Assembly: GCA_910584835.1 (NCBI GenBank)
Contig: CAJUEG010000005.1
Location: 113-64,112 of the forward strand
Source of the DNA: an uncultured Oscillospiraceae bacterium
GTDB lineage: Bacteria > Bacillota > Clostridia > Oscillospirales > Oscillospiraceae
Direction of reading: 5' to 3'
Length of the DNA stretch: 64,000 bases
In this document: positions 20,144 to 29,644 of the stretch, piece by piece
Layout: every line of letters begins with the position of its first letter
How positions within the stretch are numbered: the stretch's first letter is position 1
Notes under the pieces: generated by a model
The model's database searches: none
What the model saw: only the letters and a program-made list of their open reading frames with translations
Told to the model about the DNA's origin: nothing
Program-made: the position numbers and the translations under genes

Positions 20144-20989
20144 GTGGACCCTATTAAAAAGCCCCTGTTCGTTGTCTCCTGCTCAGGCGGGAAGGACTCG
20201 ACGGCCATGCTGCTGCTGATGATCGAACGGGGTATGCCCATCGACATGGTGCTGGTGGCCGATACGGGGATGGAGTTTCCCGAAATGTACCGCCACTGGG
20301 ATAAGCTGGAACAGCACCTATACCGGGAACGGGGCTTGAAGCTGACCATACTCCATCATCCCCAGGGCTTTGAATGGCTTATGTTCGACCAGCCAAAGGA
20401 GAAGCTGTCCGCGCTGGAACGACGTGAACGGGAGGAGGTGCCGCCCTATGGGAACGGCTGGCCCAGCACAAGGGTACGCTGGTGTACGGGCCAGCTAAAA
20501 GTACACCTGTTTAACAAGGCGTTGGCACAGCTCAAGACAGACTATGAGGTATTCCAATTCATAGGCATCGCCTCTGACGAGGATCACCGCTGTGTCACGG
20601 ATGAACACATCCGTTATCCACTTGTCAGGTGGGACATCACCGAGGCCCAGGCGCTGCAAATCTGCTATGACCGGGGCTTTGACTGGGGCGGGCTGTATGA
20701 GATATATGAACGCTGCTCCTGCTGGTGCTGCCCATTGCAGCAGATCGGGGAACTGCGGAAGCTGCGCCGCCACCACCCGGAACTATGGGCCAAGCTGATG
20801 GAGCTTGACCAGCGCGCCCTGGATCAATTTGGGCACACGCCGCTGGGCCGCTTCAAAGACAACTGGACGGTGGCGGCGCTTGAAGAACGGTTTGCCGCCG
20901 AGGATCGGGCGCTGTGCCTGTTCAGCGGCATGGAACCCAAGCGCCGGAAAAGGCGCAGACCACCACATAAACATTCACATAAACATTGA
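20144..20989 (+). CDS. PAPS reductase family protein
   Basis: SGGKDS PP-loop; DTGMEFP; RWCT..LK; RCSCWCCP. Confidence 0.85.
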   Translation: MDPIKKPLFVVSCSGGKDSTAMLLLMIERGMPIDMVLVADTGMEFPEMYRHWDKLEQHLYRERGLKLTILHHPQGFEWLMFDQPKEKLSALERREREEVPPYGNGWPSTRVRWCTGQLKVHLFNKALAQLKTDYEVFQFIGIASDEDHRCVTDEHIRYPLVRWDITEAQALQICYDRGFDWGGLYEIYERCSCWCCPLQQIGELRKLRRHHPELWAKLMELDQRALDQFGHTPLGRFKDNWTVAALEERFAAEDRALCLFSGMEPKRRKRRRPPHKHSHKH

Positions 20990-21003
20990 AAGGAGCTGGA
21001 TAT

Positions 21004-21411
21004 TTGAACGTTTTGGTAGTAGAGCCAGGCATGGCCCCCTATGAAAAGGAGGTCAACGGGCTGGAAGAAATGCAGGCCACGGTGGGCGGCCTGATCACAG
21101 CCAGCTATCCCTATGAGGAACCCGTTGCCATCGTCAGCAATGACGAGAGCATCAATATGGGCATGGAGTTCAACCGCAGCATTGAGGGCGGCTACGGCGG
21201 TATCTTTGGCCCGTTCTTTGTCTGCGGGCTGACTGAGGACAGCTTTTGTTCCCTCACCCCGGAGCAGATGGAGCATTTCAAGAAGAAATTCCACCAAGCG
21301 GAAATCCTGATCGCCGCAAAGGGCAACACCCCCATCACGCTGAAAGTGGACCCCTGCCCCGCCACGCCGCCCGAGCATCCCAGACGCCCGCCCAAGACGC
21401 CGGGGCGGTAA
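21004..21411 (+). CDS. DUF3846-like ICE protein
   Basis: VLVVEPG..PY...LEEMQATVGGLI...FNR...GPFFVCG...SL. Confidence 0.7.
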   Translation: MNVLVVEPGMAPYEKEVNGLEEMQATVGGLITASYPYEEPVAIVSNDESINMGMEFNRSIEGGYGGIFGPFFVCGLTEDSFCSLTPEQMEHFKKKFHQAEILIAAKGNTPITLKVDPCPATPPEHPRRPPKTPGR

Positions 21412-21414
21412 ACC

Positions 21415-22368
21415 ATGCCGCCCGTATCAGATGAACGGCTGACCGAGCTGACGGAACGGCTGGAAAACGGGATCAAAGACCTGTACGCCAGCGGGAGGTA
21501 TGCGGACTATCTGGCCGCTATGTCCAAGTTTCATCACTATAGCTACAGCAACGCATTGTTGATCCTGTTCCAATGCCCCACCGCTACCCGCGTTGCGGGG
21601 TACAAGGTATGGAAAACGGAGTTTGAACGCCAGGTGAAGCGGGGCGAACACGGGATCATGATTTTTGCCCCGAGCCAGCATAAGCGGGCCGCCATGGTGG
21701 AGAAGAAAGACCCCGCCACAGGCAAAACGTTGTACGGTTCAGATGGAAAGCCCTTGATGGAGCCGGGTTTTGTTCTCGCCACACGTTTTGTCCCCGTATA
21801 TGTCTTTGACGTGAGCCAGACCGAGGGCCGGGAACTGCCCAACATTGGCGTGTCGGAGCTTTCCGGGGAAGTCACCGGCTATGAGGATATATCCGCCCGC
21901 CTGTCCGCCCTGTCCCCGCTGCCCATTATGTTTGGGGCCGTCCCAGGAACGGCAAAGGGCTACGCCAGCCACATGGAGGGCCGGATCGTGATAAAGCCGG
22001 GCATGAGCCAAGTACAGACCCTTAAAACCATGATCCATGAAATTGCCCACGGTAAACTCCATCCCCCGGACTTTTTGGCAGATCACCCCAAGCAGCGGCA
22101 CGAGAAGGAAGTGGAGGCCGAGAGCGTGGCCTATGTGGTATGCCAGCACTTCGGCATCGACACTTCGGACTATTCCTTCGGCTATGTGGCCGGGTGGAGC
22201 CGGGGCCGGGAATTGAACGAACTAAAAGCGTCCCTGGACATCATACACAGCACCGCTGGGGAAATCATTGACGCCATCCAGCCGCCCCAGCGGAACCCGG
22301 AACAGGAACTATCCCAGGCCCCTCAGAATAATCACCATCGAAAATCCAAAAAAGCAAAGCGAAAGTGA
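21415..22368 (+). CDS. ArdC-like ssDNA-binding protein with HExxH metallopeptidase domain
   Basis: MSKFHHYSYSNALLI..QCP.AT.VAGY..W; VFDVSQTEG; HEIAH; EVEAESVAY. Confidence 0.85.
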   Translation: MPPVSDERLTELTERLENGIKDLYASGRYADYLAAMSKFHHYSYSNALLILFQCPTATRVAGYKVWKTEFERQVKRGEHGIMIFAPSQHKRAAMVEKKDPATGKTLYGSDGKPLMEPGFVLATRFVPVYVFDVSQTEGRELPNIGVSELSGEVTGYEDISARLSALSPLPIMFGAVPGTAKGYASHMEGRIVIKPGMSQVQTLKTMIHEIAHGKLHPPDFLADHPKQRHEKEVEAESVAYVVCQHFGIDTSDYSFGYVAGWSRGRELNELKASLDIIHSTAGEIIDAIQPPQRNPEQELSQAPQNNHHRKSKKAKRK

Positions 22369-22378
22369 GGTTAACCAC

Positions 22379-22711
22379 ATGGAAAACCCCAACAGCATCC
22401 CGGAGCGCATGAGGGAAATCGAAATCTTCGGCGTCCCCGCGCTGTATACCAACACCCCTATTGACCCGGAGGACATCTATCCGGGAATGTCCCTCTACGA
22501 ACTCCAGGGGCGGGATGGCCGGTTCATGGCCTCGGTGCTTACCCCTGTACCCATCCCCGTCCTGTCGGACGGCCCCCGCGACTTGAAGCCGGGGGAACTG
22601 GTGATGGACACCGGGGCCGGGTACTACACCCCCGCCGAGTTTGAAGAAAAGTACCTCTCCCCGGACTATGGCGGCGGGGACAGCGCGGAGCGGTATGGAA
22701 AAGAAAGCTGA
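22379..22711 (+). CDS. Hypothetical ICE protein (LPD28-like)
   Basis: RBS GAGG; EIFGVPALYT...YEL. Confidence 0.55.
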   Translation: MENPNSIPERMREIEIFGVPALYTNTPIDPEDIYPGMSLYELQGRDGRFMASVLTPVPIPVLSDGPRDLKPGELVMDTGAGYYTPAEFEEKYLSPDYGGGDSAERYGKES

Positions 22712-23288
22712 CATCATCCTCATTTTGGAGGGGATCGTGGAGGAAAACACGAAAAGCTATCAATCAGACTTTACCCTTGACGTGGAGCGGCTAACTGCCG
22801 CCATGCTGGAACCTGTGCCGGAAAACCGCGTTTTCCTTTGGATGAGCCGTCCTTGTGGAACGTGGCTCTTTTGGGAGCGCGAAGTTTTTTTGCGTGATAC
22901 CAGGGCGCACGACACCTGGACCCACCCGGACTACATTGCGCAGGCCGACCAAATCAAAGCATACCGCGTCACAGTGGCCCCCGGACGGTCCGGCGCGTTT
23001 GTGCTGGGCAAACTCCAACCGTTGAACTATGGGGAGCAGGTGGAACGTGTGAAGCGGCTGGCCCTGCCCGTACAGCAGGTAACACTCGACTTTGAGGGCG
23101 GCGAAACCCGCACCATGTCCTATGCGGACTATACCAGCCATTTCTGTGAATTGATGTGCCATTGCGCGCCGATCAAGACCACCCATTACCAGCCGGAAAA
23201 CGAGGGGGAGCTTTCCGCCCTGCTCTACACGGAGCGGCATCCCCTAAAGCAGCGACCCCGTCGCCCGAAAAGGCCCCCTGCCCGGTAG
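22695..23288 (+). CDS. Hypothetical ICE protein
   Basis: ORF in operon; YQSDF..D; FLWMSRPCGTW; basic tail. Confidence 0.65.
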   Translation: MEKKADIILILEGIVEENTKSYQSDFTLDVERLTAAMLEPVPENRVFLWMSRPCGTWLFWEREVFLRDTRAHDTWTHPDYIAQADQIKAYRVTVAPGRSGAFVLGKLQPLNYGEQVERVKRLALPVQQVTLDFEGGETRTMSYADYTSHFCELMCHCAPIKTTHYQPENEGELSALLYTERHPLKQRPRRPKRPPAR

Positions 23289-23319
23289 CCCTGCCAAGAC
23301 AGCGCCGCGTGCGGCGCTG

Positions 23320-23390
23320 TCCAAGCAAGTATGTCATTTGGTAGCACAAATGACCCTTGTTAGGGGGGAAGCCCCCCTAATACCCCCGCC
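23320..23390. other. Candidate oriT
   Basis: Intergenic, upstream of mobC/relaxase; GCAAGTAT (nic-like ATACTTGC on minus strand) beside IRs GTCATTTG/CAAATGAC and TTAGGGGG/CCCCCTAA. Confidence 0.65.
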
Positions 23391-23545
23391 CGAAATGCGT
23401 CTCACCGTGAGACGCGGAACCTGACAGGCGGCACATTTAATGTGTCTCATGGTGAGACACAAAACCCGGCGTGTTGAAACGCCGCCGCCGTTACACCTAA
23501 AAATAAATCTCATGGTGAGACACAATTCTATGAAAGGAGGTTTTT

Positions 23546-23854
23546 GTGCGTAAACGAAACCGCCATGTAAGCGTCTGGATGAATGAACAGGAATACCGGC
23601 ACTTGAAGCGTCAGGCCGGGATCGCGGGTCTGGGCATCGACCCCTTCATCCGTAGCCTTGTTTTGGGCGTCCAGCTCCGCCCCCGCCCGCCCGACACCTA
23701 CGCTGCCCTTCTCCGGGAGCTGTCCGCCCTGGGCAACAACGCCAATCAAATAGCCCACTGGGCCAACCTCCAAAAAAGCGTGTCCGAGGCGGATATCCGG
23801 CGGGCCGCCGCCCTGGTGTACGAGGCGTGGCGGCTGGTGAAGGAGACACTGTAA
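23546..23854 (+). CDS. mobC: Relaxosome accessory protein MobC
   Basis: RHH-like N-terminus; LSALGNNANQIAH motif; RBS AAGGAGG. Confidence 0.88.
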   Translation: MRKRNRHVSVWMNEQEYRHLKRQAGIAGLGIDPFIRSLVLGVQLRPRPPDTYAALLRELSALGNNANQIAHWANLQKSVSEADIRRAAALVYEAWRLVKETL

Positions 23855-25173
23855 TGGCCTACGACAAGATCATCCCCATACACCACCGGCTGGATCATTG
23901 CGTGGACTACGCGCGGAACGAGGAAAAGACCGGCCTGGGCCATGCCCTGGACTACGGGGCGAACCCGGCCAAGGCCCGGCTCGTCACGGGGATCAACTGT
24001 GACCCGGACTGTGCCTACCGGGATATGCAGGCCACCAAGCGCCGCTGGGACAAGAAGGGCGGCATATTGGGCTACCACATCATCCACTCCTACGCCCCCG
24101 GCGAGACCACCCCGGAACAGGCCCACGCCGCCGGGGTGGAGTTTGCCCGCCGCCTGCTGGGGGACCGTTACGAGGCGCTGGTGTGTACCCACACAGATCG
24201 GGAACATCTGCATTGTCACGTTGTTTTCAATTCTGTTTCCTTTGTGGACGGCAGAAAATATCGGAGCGATTTTGAGAGCTACTTTGACACCCTGCGGGGC
24301 GCCTCAAACGCCGTCAGCCGGGAATTTGGCCTGTCCGTCATTGAGCCGGAGGGCCACGGGAAGCACTACGCCCAATGGGACGCGGAGCGCACGGGCCGGG
24401 GCGATATGTCCCGGTTCATCCGCCAGGACATCGACGCCGCCCTTTTGGAGAGCTTCACGTTCGAGGGCTTTCTGACCGTTTTGCGGCGGCAGGGCTACGG
24501 GGTGAAGTGCGGCCCCAATGTGAAGCATACCGCCGTCGCCCCGCCTGGGGCTGGCCGGAATTTCCGGCTGGACAGCCTGGGGGACGGGTATACCGAGGCC
24601 GACATCCGGGCGCGGCTGGCCGCCGCCCGGAGGGGCACGCCACCGCCTCTGCCCCCGCCGCCGCCCGTAGTCCCCCGGCGCTATACCATCCGGCGGGGCA
24701 ACGTCCGGCAGACACCCCGGAAAAAACTCCGCGGGTTCCGGGCCCTCTATGTGTACTATCTGTACCTGCTGGGCGGGCCCCGGCCCACACGCCGCCGCCC
24801 CGTCCCCTTCTCCGTCCGGGCGGACGTGAAAAAACTGCGCCAGTACCAGCGGCAATGCCAGCTTCTGCGGGAGTACCGCATTGATGATGATGGGCAGCTC
24901 GCCATGCTGGGAGAGGCGCTCCAGGCACAGATCGACGCCCTGGTGGATCAGCGGCGGGAGCTGTACGGCAGAAAGCGGCAGGGCGAGGACGCAGAGGCGG
25001 CAATCGCCGCTATCAACACCCGCCTGCGCCAGCTTCGCCGGGATCTGAAAACCTGCGGGCGGGTGGCGGCAGACATTCCCCGCATCCGGGGGCAGCTCCA
25101 GGCAGACCGGGAACAGGACAAACAGCGCCAGACCCACCCAGAGCGGGACCGTTCCCACGGCCCCGCCCGGTAA
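23854..25173 (+). CDS. MOBP-type relaxase
   Basis: VDYA.N..KT; YHIIHSY.PGE; THTDREHLHCHVVFNSVS HUH motif. Confidence 0.92.
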   Translation: MAYDKIIPIHHRLDHCVDYARNEEKTGLGHALDYGANPAKARLVTGINCDPDCAYRDMQATKRRWDKKGGILGYHIIHSYAPGETTPEQAHAAGVEFARRLLGDRYEALVCTHTDREHLHCHVVFNSVSFVDGRKYRSDFESYFDTLRGASNAVSREFGLSVIEPEGHGKHYAQWDAERTGRGDMSRFIRQDIDAALLESFTFEGFLTVLRRQGYGVKCGPNVKHTAVAPPGAGRNFRLDSLGDGYTEADIRARLAAARRGTPPPLPPPPPVVPRRYTIRRGNVRQTPRKKLRGFRALYVYYLYLLGGPRPTRRRPVPFSVRADVKKLRQYQRQCQLLREYRIDDDGQLAMLGEALQAQIDALVDQRRELYGRKRQGEDAEAAIAAINTRLRQLRRDLKTCGRVAADIPRIRGQLQADREQDKQRQTHPERDRSHGPAR

Positions 25174-25203
25174 AAATCCAACATCGAAAGGCAGGTGAAT
25201 CCA

Positions 25204-25827
25204 ATGGACGTGAGCGCCGAGGCCGCCGATCTGGTGGTGAAGGAGGGCATCCAGGCCACCGAGAGCGCGGTGAAGCTGGCAGGCTCCGCGCTGAAAAATG
25301 TGGCGGCGCTGCTGCTGGCCTTGAAGCGCCAGGACAATAAGGTGGTGGGCAAGACCAACGCCAAGCGGCTGGCCCGCGACCCCGCCCCCGCCGTAGTGAT
25401 CCCGCTGAAGCGGGAAGATCGGGGGCGGTTCAAGAAGCTGGCCCAGGAGTACGGCATTTTGTACTTCATCGCGCAGAAAAAGGGCAACACCAGCGGCTAT
25501 ATCAATGTGGTGTCCAATCAGAACTACGCCGCCCAGCTTAACGCCGTGATGGAGGCCATGGGCTATCCCATCCCCCAGCGGGCCCAGGAGGAAAACGCGC
25601 CAAAAAAAGCGAGCCCCCGTGTTCCACAAGAGAAGTCCTCGCCAGAGCGCGGGACTGGCTCGACTCCCTCCCCGACAGCAAGTGCGGCTACTGAACAGGA
25701 CGTGCCCGCCGAGCTGAAGGAATCCGTGCGGGCCCGTTTGGAGGGGCTGAAAGCCATGTCGGGGCAGGGCCGCACCCAGGGCAGAACCCAGGAAAAGACC
25801 CACAGGCGGGGCAAAGACACCCGATAA
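25204..25827 (+). CDS. PcfB/DUF3801-like protein
   Basis: GKTNAKRL; FKKLAQEYGILY; SVRARL plus basic tail. Confidence 0.7.
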   Translation: MDVSAEAADLVVKEGIQATESAVKLAGSALKNVAALLLALKRQDNKVVGKTNAKRLARDPAPAVVIPLKREDRGRFKKLAQEYGILYFIAQKKGNTSGYINVVSNQNYAAQLNAVMEAMGYPIPQRAQEENAPKKASPRVPQEKSSPERGTGSTPSPTASAATEQDVPAELKESVRARLEGLKAMSGQGRTQGRTQEKTHRRGKDTR

Positions 25828-25847
25828 TCTGAAAAGGAGGAATTTTT

Positions 25848-26729
25848 ACGCCCAGTATCAGCGATATCATCAAAAACAAGACCACCCGCGACCAGGCGCG
25901 CACCGAGCAGCGCCAGATGGAGCGGGAGAGCCTGTCCGCCATGCGGGACGGCTCCCTCAGCATGATCACCAGCAGCCCCGAACACTATCAGCAGTACCTG
26001 GATTTGCAGGCGGACAACATCCATTGCAGCGTGGGCAACGTGGCCCTCACCATGGCCCAGCTCCAGGGGGCCACCAAGATCGGCACCACCTCCTACTGGC
26101 ACAGCCTGGGCCGCTATGTGCGGGACGACGCCATCAGCGCCGGGGCCACGGTGTTCGTGCCGCCCCGCAACAAGCAGTACCGGGGCTACTTCATGGGCAG
26201 CTACTATGACGTGAGCCAGACCACGGGCAAGCCCCTGCCCGACCCGGTTCCCCTGGAGGGGAAGGGGCCCCGGATGGAGGCGGCGCTGGCCGCGCTGATG
26301 GACCAGTCCCCGGTGACGGTGGCCGAGAGCAAGGAGATCGAGGCCCCGGCCTTCTATGACCCGGAGCGGCTTACCATCTTCATCAACCCGGACTACAGCC
26401 ACGCGGCGGTGTTCGCCGCCCTCGCCGCCGAGATCCCCCTGGCCCGCGCCCATGACCGGGGCTACAACGGGAACTTCAAGCGGGAGTTTTACGCCCTGGA
26501 CGCGCAGAGCGCGGGCTACATGGTGTGCCGCCGCTTTGGAGTGGAGTGCCCCCAGCCGGAAATGGCAAAACACGTGGGCGGCAGCTATAACGGCCTCCCG
26601 CCCTCCGTCTGCGGCGAAATGCTGGAAAAGGTTCGGGACGCCGCCCGGAATATGGGCAATGGCATCGAGCAGGCCATCAACCCCCGGCAGCAGGAGCGGG
26701 GCAGTCAGAACCGCCGCCACAGCCGGTAA
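25848..26729 (+). CDS. Divergent ArdC/LtrC-like protein; ACG start proposed
   Basis: AAGGAGG-N7-ACG in frame with ATG 25917; YYDVSQTTG; LDAQSAGYMVCRRFG; HExxH degenerate. Confidence 0.65.
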   Translation, partial: TPSISDIIKNKTTRDQARTEQRQMERESLSAMRDGSLSMITSSPEHYQQYLDLQADNIHCSVGNVALTMAQLQGATKIGTTSYWHSLGRYVRDDAISAGATVFVPPRNKQYRGYFMGSYYDVSQTTGKPLPDPVPLEGKGPRMEAALAALMDQSPVTVAESKEIEAPAFYDPERLTIFINPDYSHAAVFAALAAEIPLARAHDRGYNGNFKREFYALDAQSAGYMVCRRFGVECPQPEMAKHVGGSYNGLPPSVCGEMLEKVRDAARNMGNGIEQAINPRQQERGSQNRRHSR

Positions 26730-27030
26730 AGCGGCGCCATCAGGCGGCCCTATTCAGCGGTGTGTTCCCCCCGCGGAGGGTACGCCACCGGCCACCCCCA
26801 GTCAAGGCCGGGCGGTTGTTTCACAACCGCCCGCGAGCCGGCCAGTCTGCGGACTGGCCGGGCCTTGACAGGCGGCGTCCGGCGGCGTATTCGGGCATTA
26901 AGGGGAACACACCCCAAATGCCGCCCAGGGGCGGCATTTGCCATCCTGGGAAACGGCAGATTTCCCTTGCCCCCAGCGGCCAGCGCCCCGGCGCTGGCCG
27001 CCCACCTTATATGATATGGAGGAACACCCA

Positions 27031-27918
27031 ATGAAACGAGCATCCACCCTTTTCCTGGCGGCGCTCATGGTATGCCTGCTGGCTGTCCCGGCCTACGCCG
27101 CCAGCTTCTACCCCATTTCCGTGGAGGAATACACCTATGGCCCCCTGGACGAGCTGCGTATCGACAAGGTGTACCAGCTCTCCCGGAGCGATGACCCCAA
27201 GGACATCCCCACTGGGGACTTTGACCGGGGCGGCTATCACTACGTTCTGCTGGATGTGGTGAAAACGGATCAGAGCGAGACAGACGCCAAGGATTACACC
27301 GAGATCGTCACCCTGGAAACCGACACCAAGGACATGGCCGTGATCATCCAGCAGTTGGAGCTGTCCATGGAGGTCACCACCGAGGACGGCTACACCGGCA
27401 CCCTCATGCCTGACTACCCCGGCATCACCGTGGAGGCCAAGGGCTACAAGACCAGCTCCCGCACCGTTACCGCCACCCGCGCCTACCCCAACCTGTCCGA
27501 CGCCGATACCTCCCTGATCCCCCGGACGATCCAGGACGGCGGGCGCACCCTGACCCTGGCGGACGTCCAGTGGGAGGAGGCCGGGGGCTTCTACAACGCC
27601 GCCGCCACCTACAGCGGCACCGCCAGCAGCAAGTACGCCACCGGCTATATCGCCACGGTGGAGTACAAGGGGGAAGTGACCCGGACGAGCTGTGACACCG
27701 TACTCTACACCGCCACTTTCGCGTCTCATGGTGAGACACATTTTGAGAACAGCCCCCAGCCCACCCAGGCCCCCGCCGGGACAGAAGCCCCGGACAGCGC
27801 GGGCATGAACTGGGCCGTGCTGGTGATCCCCGCCGCGCTGCTGCTGGGGCTGGCCGGGTTCGGCGGCTGGAAGCTGGTGAACTACATCAAGGACAAGAAA
27901 AGAGGTTATGTGAAATGA
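27031..27918 (+). CDS. Secreted protein with C-terminal membrane anchor
   Basis: Signal peptide; C-terminal TM followed by KDKKRGYVK. Confidence 0.75.
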   Translation: MKRASTLFLAALMVCLLAVPAYAASFYPISVEEYTYGPLDELRIDKVYQLSRSDDPKDIPTGDFDRGGYHYVLLDVVKTDQSETDAKDYTEIVTLETDTKDMAVIIQQLELSMEVTTEDGYTGTLMPDYPGITVEAKGYKTSSRTVTATRAYPNLSDADTSLIPRTIQDGGRTLTLADVQWEEAGGFYNAAATYSGTASSKYATGYIATVEYKGEVTRTSCDTVLYTATFASHGETHFENSPQPTQAPAGTEAPDSAGMNWAVLVIPAALLLGLAGFGGWKLVNYIKDKKRGYVK

Positions 27919-28721
27919 AGAAACGTTTGATGGGCCTCACGGCGGCGTCCTGCCTGCTGGCGGCCCTGGCCCTGCCCGGCTATGCGCAGGACTACAACTT
28001 CAAGGCCCCCTCCGCCGGGGACTTTGGGACGCCCACCAGCGATGATACCATCTACGAGTGGATCGACCCCAACGTGGACAGGAGCAAGAACAGCGCCCTG
28101 ATCCCGCCCGGCTTCGGCACCCCGTCCAGCTACCTCCCCAACTTCGGGGAGTTCCTGACCCCCAACCTTGCGGCGGGCGGGCCGCTGAACGGAGGCAACC
28201 TGATCCCTGGCACCGTGGGGACGGCCACCCTGCCCGGCACCCCCGGCACGAACGGCGGCACCGGCTATCCCACTGTGGACTATCCCACCGCCAGCGGCCC
28301 CGTCACCGCTTTTACCGAGCTGACCCCCGACCTGTACTACAGCGACGGCAGCCTGGGCACCCTGAAAATCCCCTCCATCGGCCTGACCGTGAAGGTGTAC
28401 GAGGGCACCGGCAGCGCGCCCCTGCTGAAAGGGGCGGGTCACTTCACCGGCACCACCGCCTGGGATGGAAACTACTGTCTGGCAGGCCACAACCGGGGCG
28501 TGAGGAATGACTTTGGCAAAATCCACACCCTGCGCACCGGCGATACCATCAGTTTGTCAACGCCCCTGGGCACCCGCACCTATTCCGTCACCAGCGTGTC
28601 CAAGGTGGGCGTCACCGACACCTCCATGCTGGAGGCCACCGCCGACAACTGTATCACGCTCTTTACCTGCGTGGAAAATCAGCCCGCCTACCGTTGGTGT
28701 GTCCGGGCCGTGGCCGGATAG
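27915..28721 (+). CDS. Sortase (class D-like)
   Basis: LKIPSIGL; GAGHF; LAGHN; ITLFTC; catalytic Arg in RWCVRA. Confidence 0.88.
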   Translation: MKKRLMGLTAASCLLAALALPGYAQDYNFKAPSAGDFGTPTSDDTIYEWIDPNVDRSKNSALIPPGFGTPSSYLPNFGEFLTPNLAAGGPLNGGNLIPGTVGTATLPGTPGTNGGTGYPTVDYPTASGPVTAFTELTPDLYYSDGSLGTLKIPSIGLTVKVYEGTGSAPLLKGAGHFTGTTAWDGNYCLAGHNRGVRNDFGKIHTLRTGDTISLSTPLGTRTYSVTSVSKVGVTDTSMLEATADNCITLFTCVENQPAYRWCVRAVAG

Positions 28722-28730
28722 GGCAAAAAT

Positions 28731-28759
28731 TTGACGCTTTTCCCCGTTTTTGATACAAT
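28731..28759 (+). promoter_or_regulatory. SigA-type promoter
   Basis: TTGACG-N17-TACAAT with TGn. Confidence 0.6.
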
Positions 28760-28803
28760 ATCATTAGAGAAAGACCCTAAAAAACAAATGGGAGGTATCA
28801 AAA

Positions 28804-29520
28804 ATGAGGAACAAGTATCTGCAATTTGGTTTGGGCATGATCGTGGGCGGCCTGCTGTGTGGCACCACGGCAGCGGCGGCGGACTATCTGCAAGCCAGAC
28901 CCAGCACACAGACCTTCTATCTCAGCGGCCAGCCCGTCCAGTTTGAGGCATATGCCATCCATGGCAATAACTTTGTAAAGCTGCGGGACATCGGGCAGGC
29001 CGTTGACTTCGGTGTGACCTATGATGGAACCACCAACAGCGTTTACATCGACCCCAGCGCGCATTATGAACAGGAGGTGACGCCACCTGCACAGACCACG
29101 CCCGCCCCCTCCGCTGCGGTGACGGAAGAAAGCGTACAGGCGGTATTGGCCCAGCTCAAAGAAACCTACCCGTCCGGCACCCTGTACGGGGCCCCTTATA
29201 TTTCCAGTTCGGGCGGGCCATACCGTGTCAGTGAAGTCTATTGCGCGGGCTGGGCGGTAAAGTGTTCGGACGCCGCCTTTGGAAGTCTGCCCTGGAGGAA
29301 GATCGAAAGGCCGGACTGGAACCAAATCCGCCCCGGCGACCTTGTGGAGTACACCAGCGATGAAACAAATCATGTTGTGGTGGTTGTACGAAAGACTGAC
29401 GAATGTATTTTTGTTACGGAAAGCGGCCTGAACAATAAGACCCGGTGGGGCGGGCAGTATTTCCGCTGGTGGCTGGAAGAACAGCCTGAGTATATCCTGT
29501 TTACAAGATATCCCCAATAA
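28804..29520 (+). CDS. Secreted protein: copper amine oxidase N-like domain plus CHAP-like domain
   Basis: NNFVKLRDIGQAVDFGVTYD; YCAGWA...PGDLV...HVVVV...VTES. Confidence 0.6.
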   Translation: MRNKYLQFGLGMIVGGLLCGTTAAAADYLQARPSTQTFYLSGQPVQFEAYAIHGNNFVKLRDIGQAVDFGVTYDGTTNSVYIDPSAHYEQEVTPPAQTTPAPSAAVTEESVQAVLAQLKETYPSGTLYGAPYISSSGGPYRVSEVYCAGWAVKCSDAAFGSLPWRKIERPDWNQIRPGDLVEYTSDETNHVVVVVRKTDECIFVTESGLNNKTRWGGQYFRWWLEEQPEYILFTRYPQ

Positions 29521-29644
29521 TCCCAATCCCTATATGCCCATATTCAAAAGAAATAAATCTCACCATGAGACACATTTCTTTCCACCACTGGCAGGGCCAG
29601 ACTGTGAAAACGGTCTGGCCCTGTCCCATTAAGGAGGTATAAGT

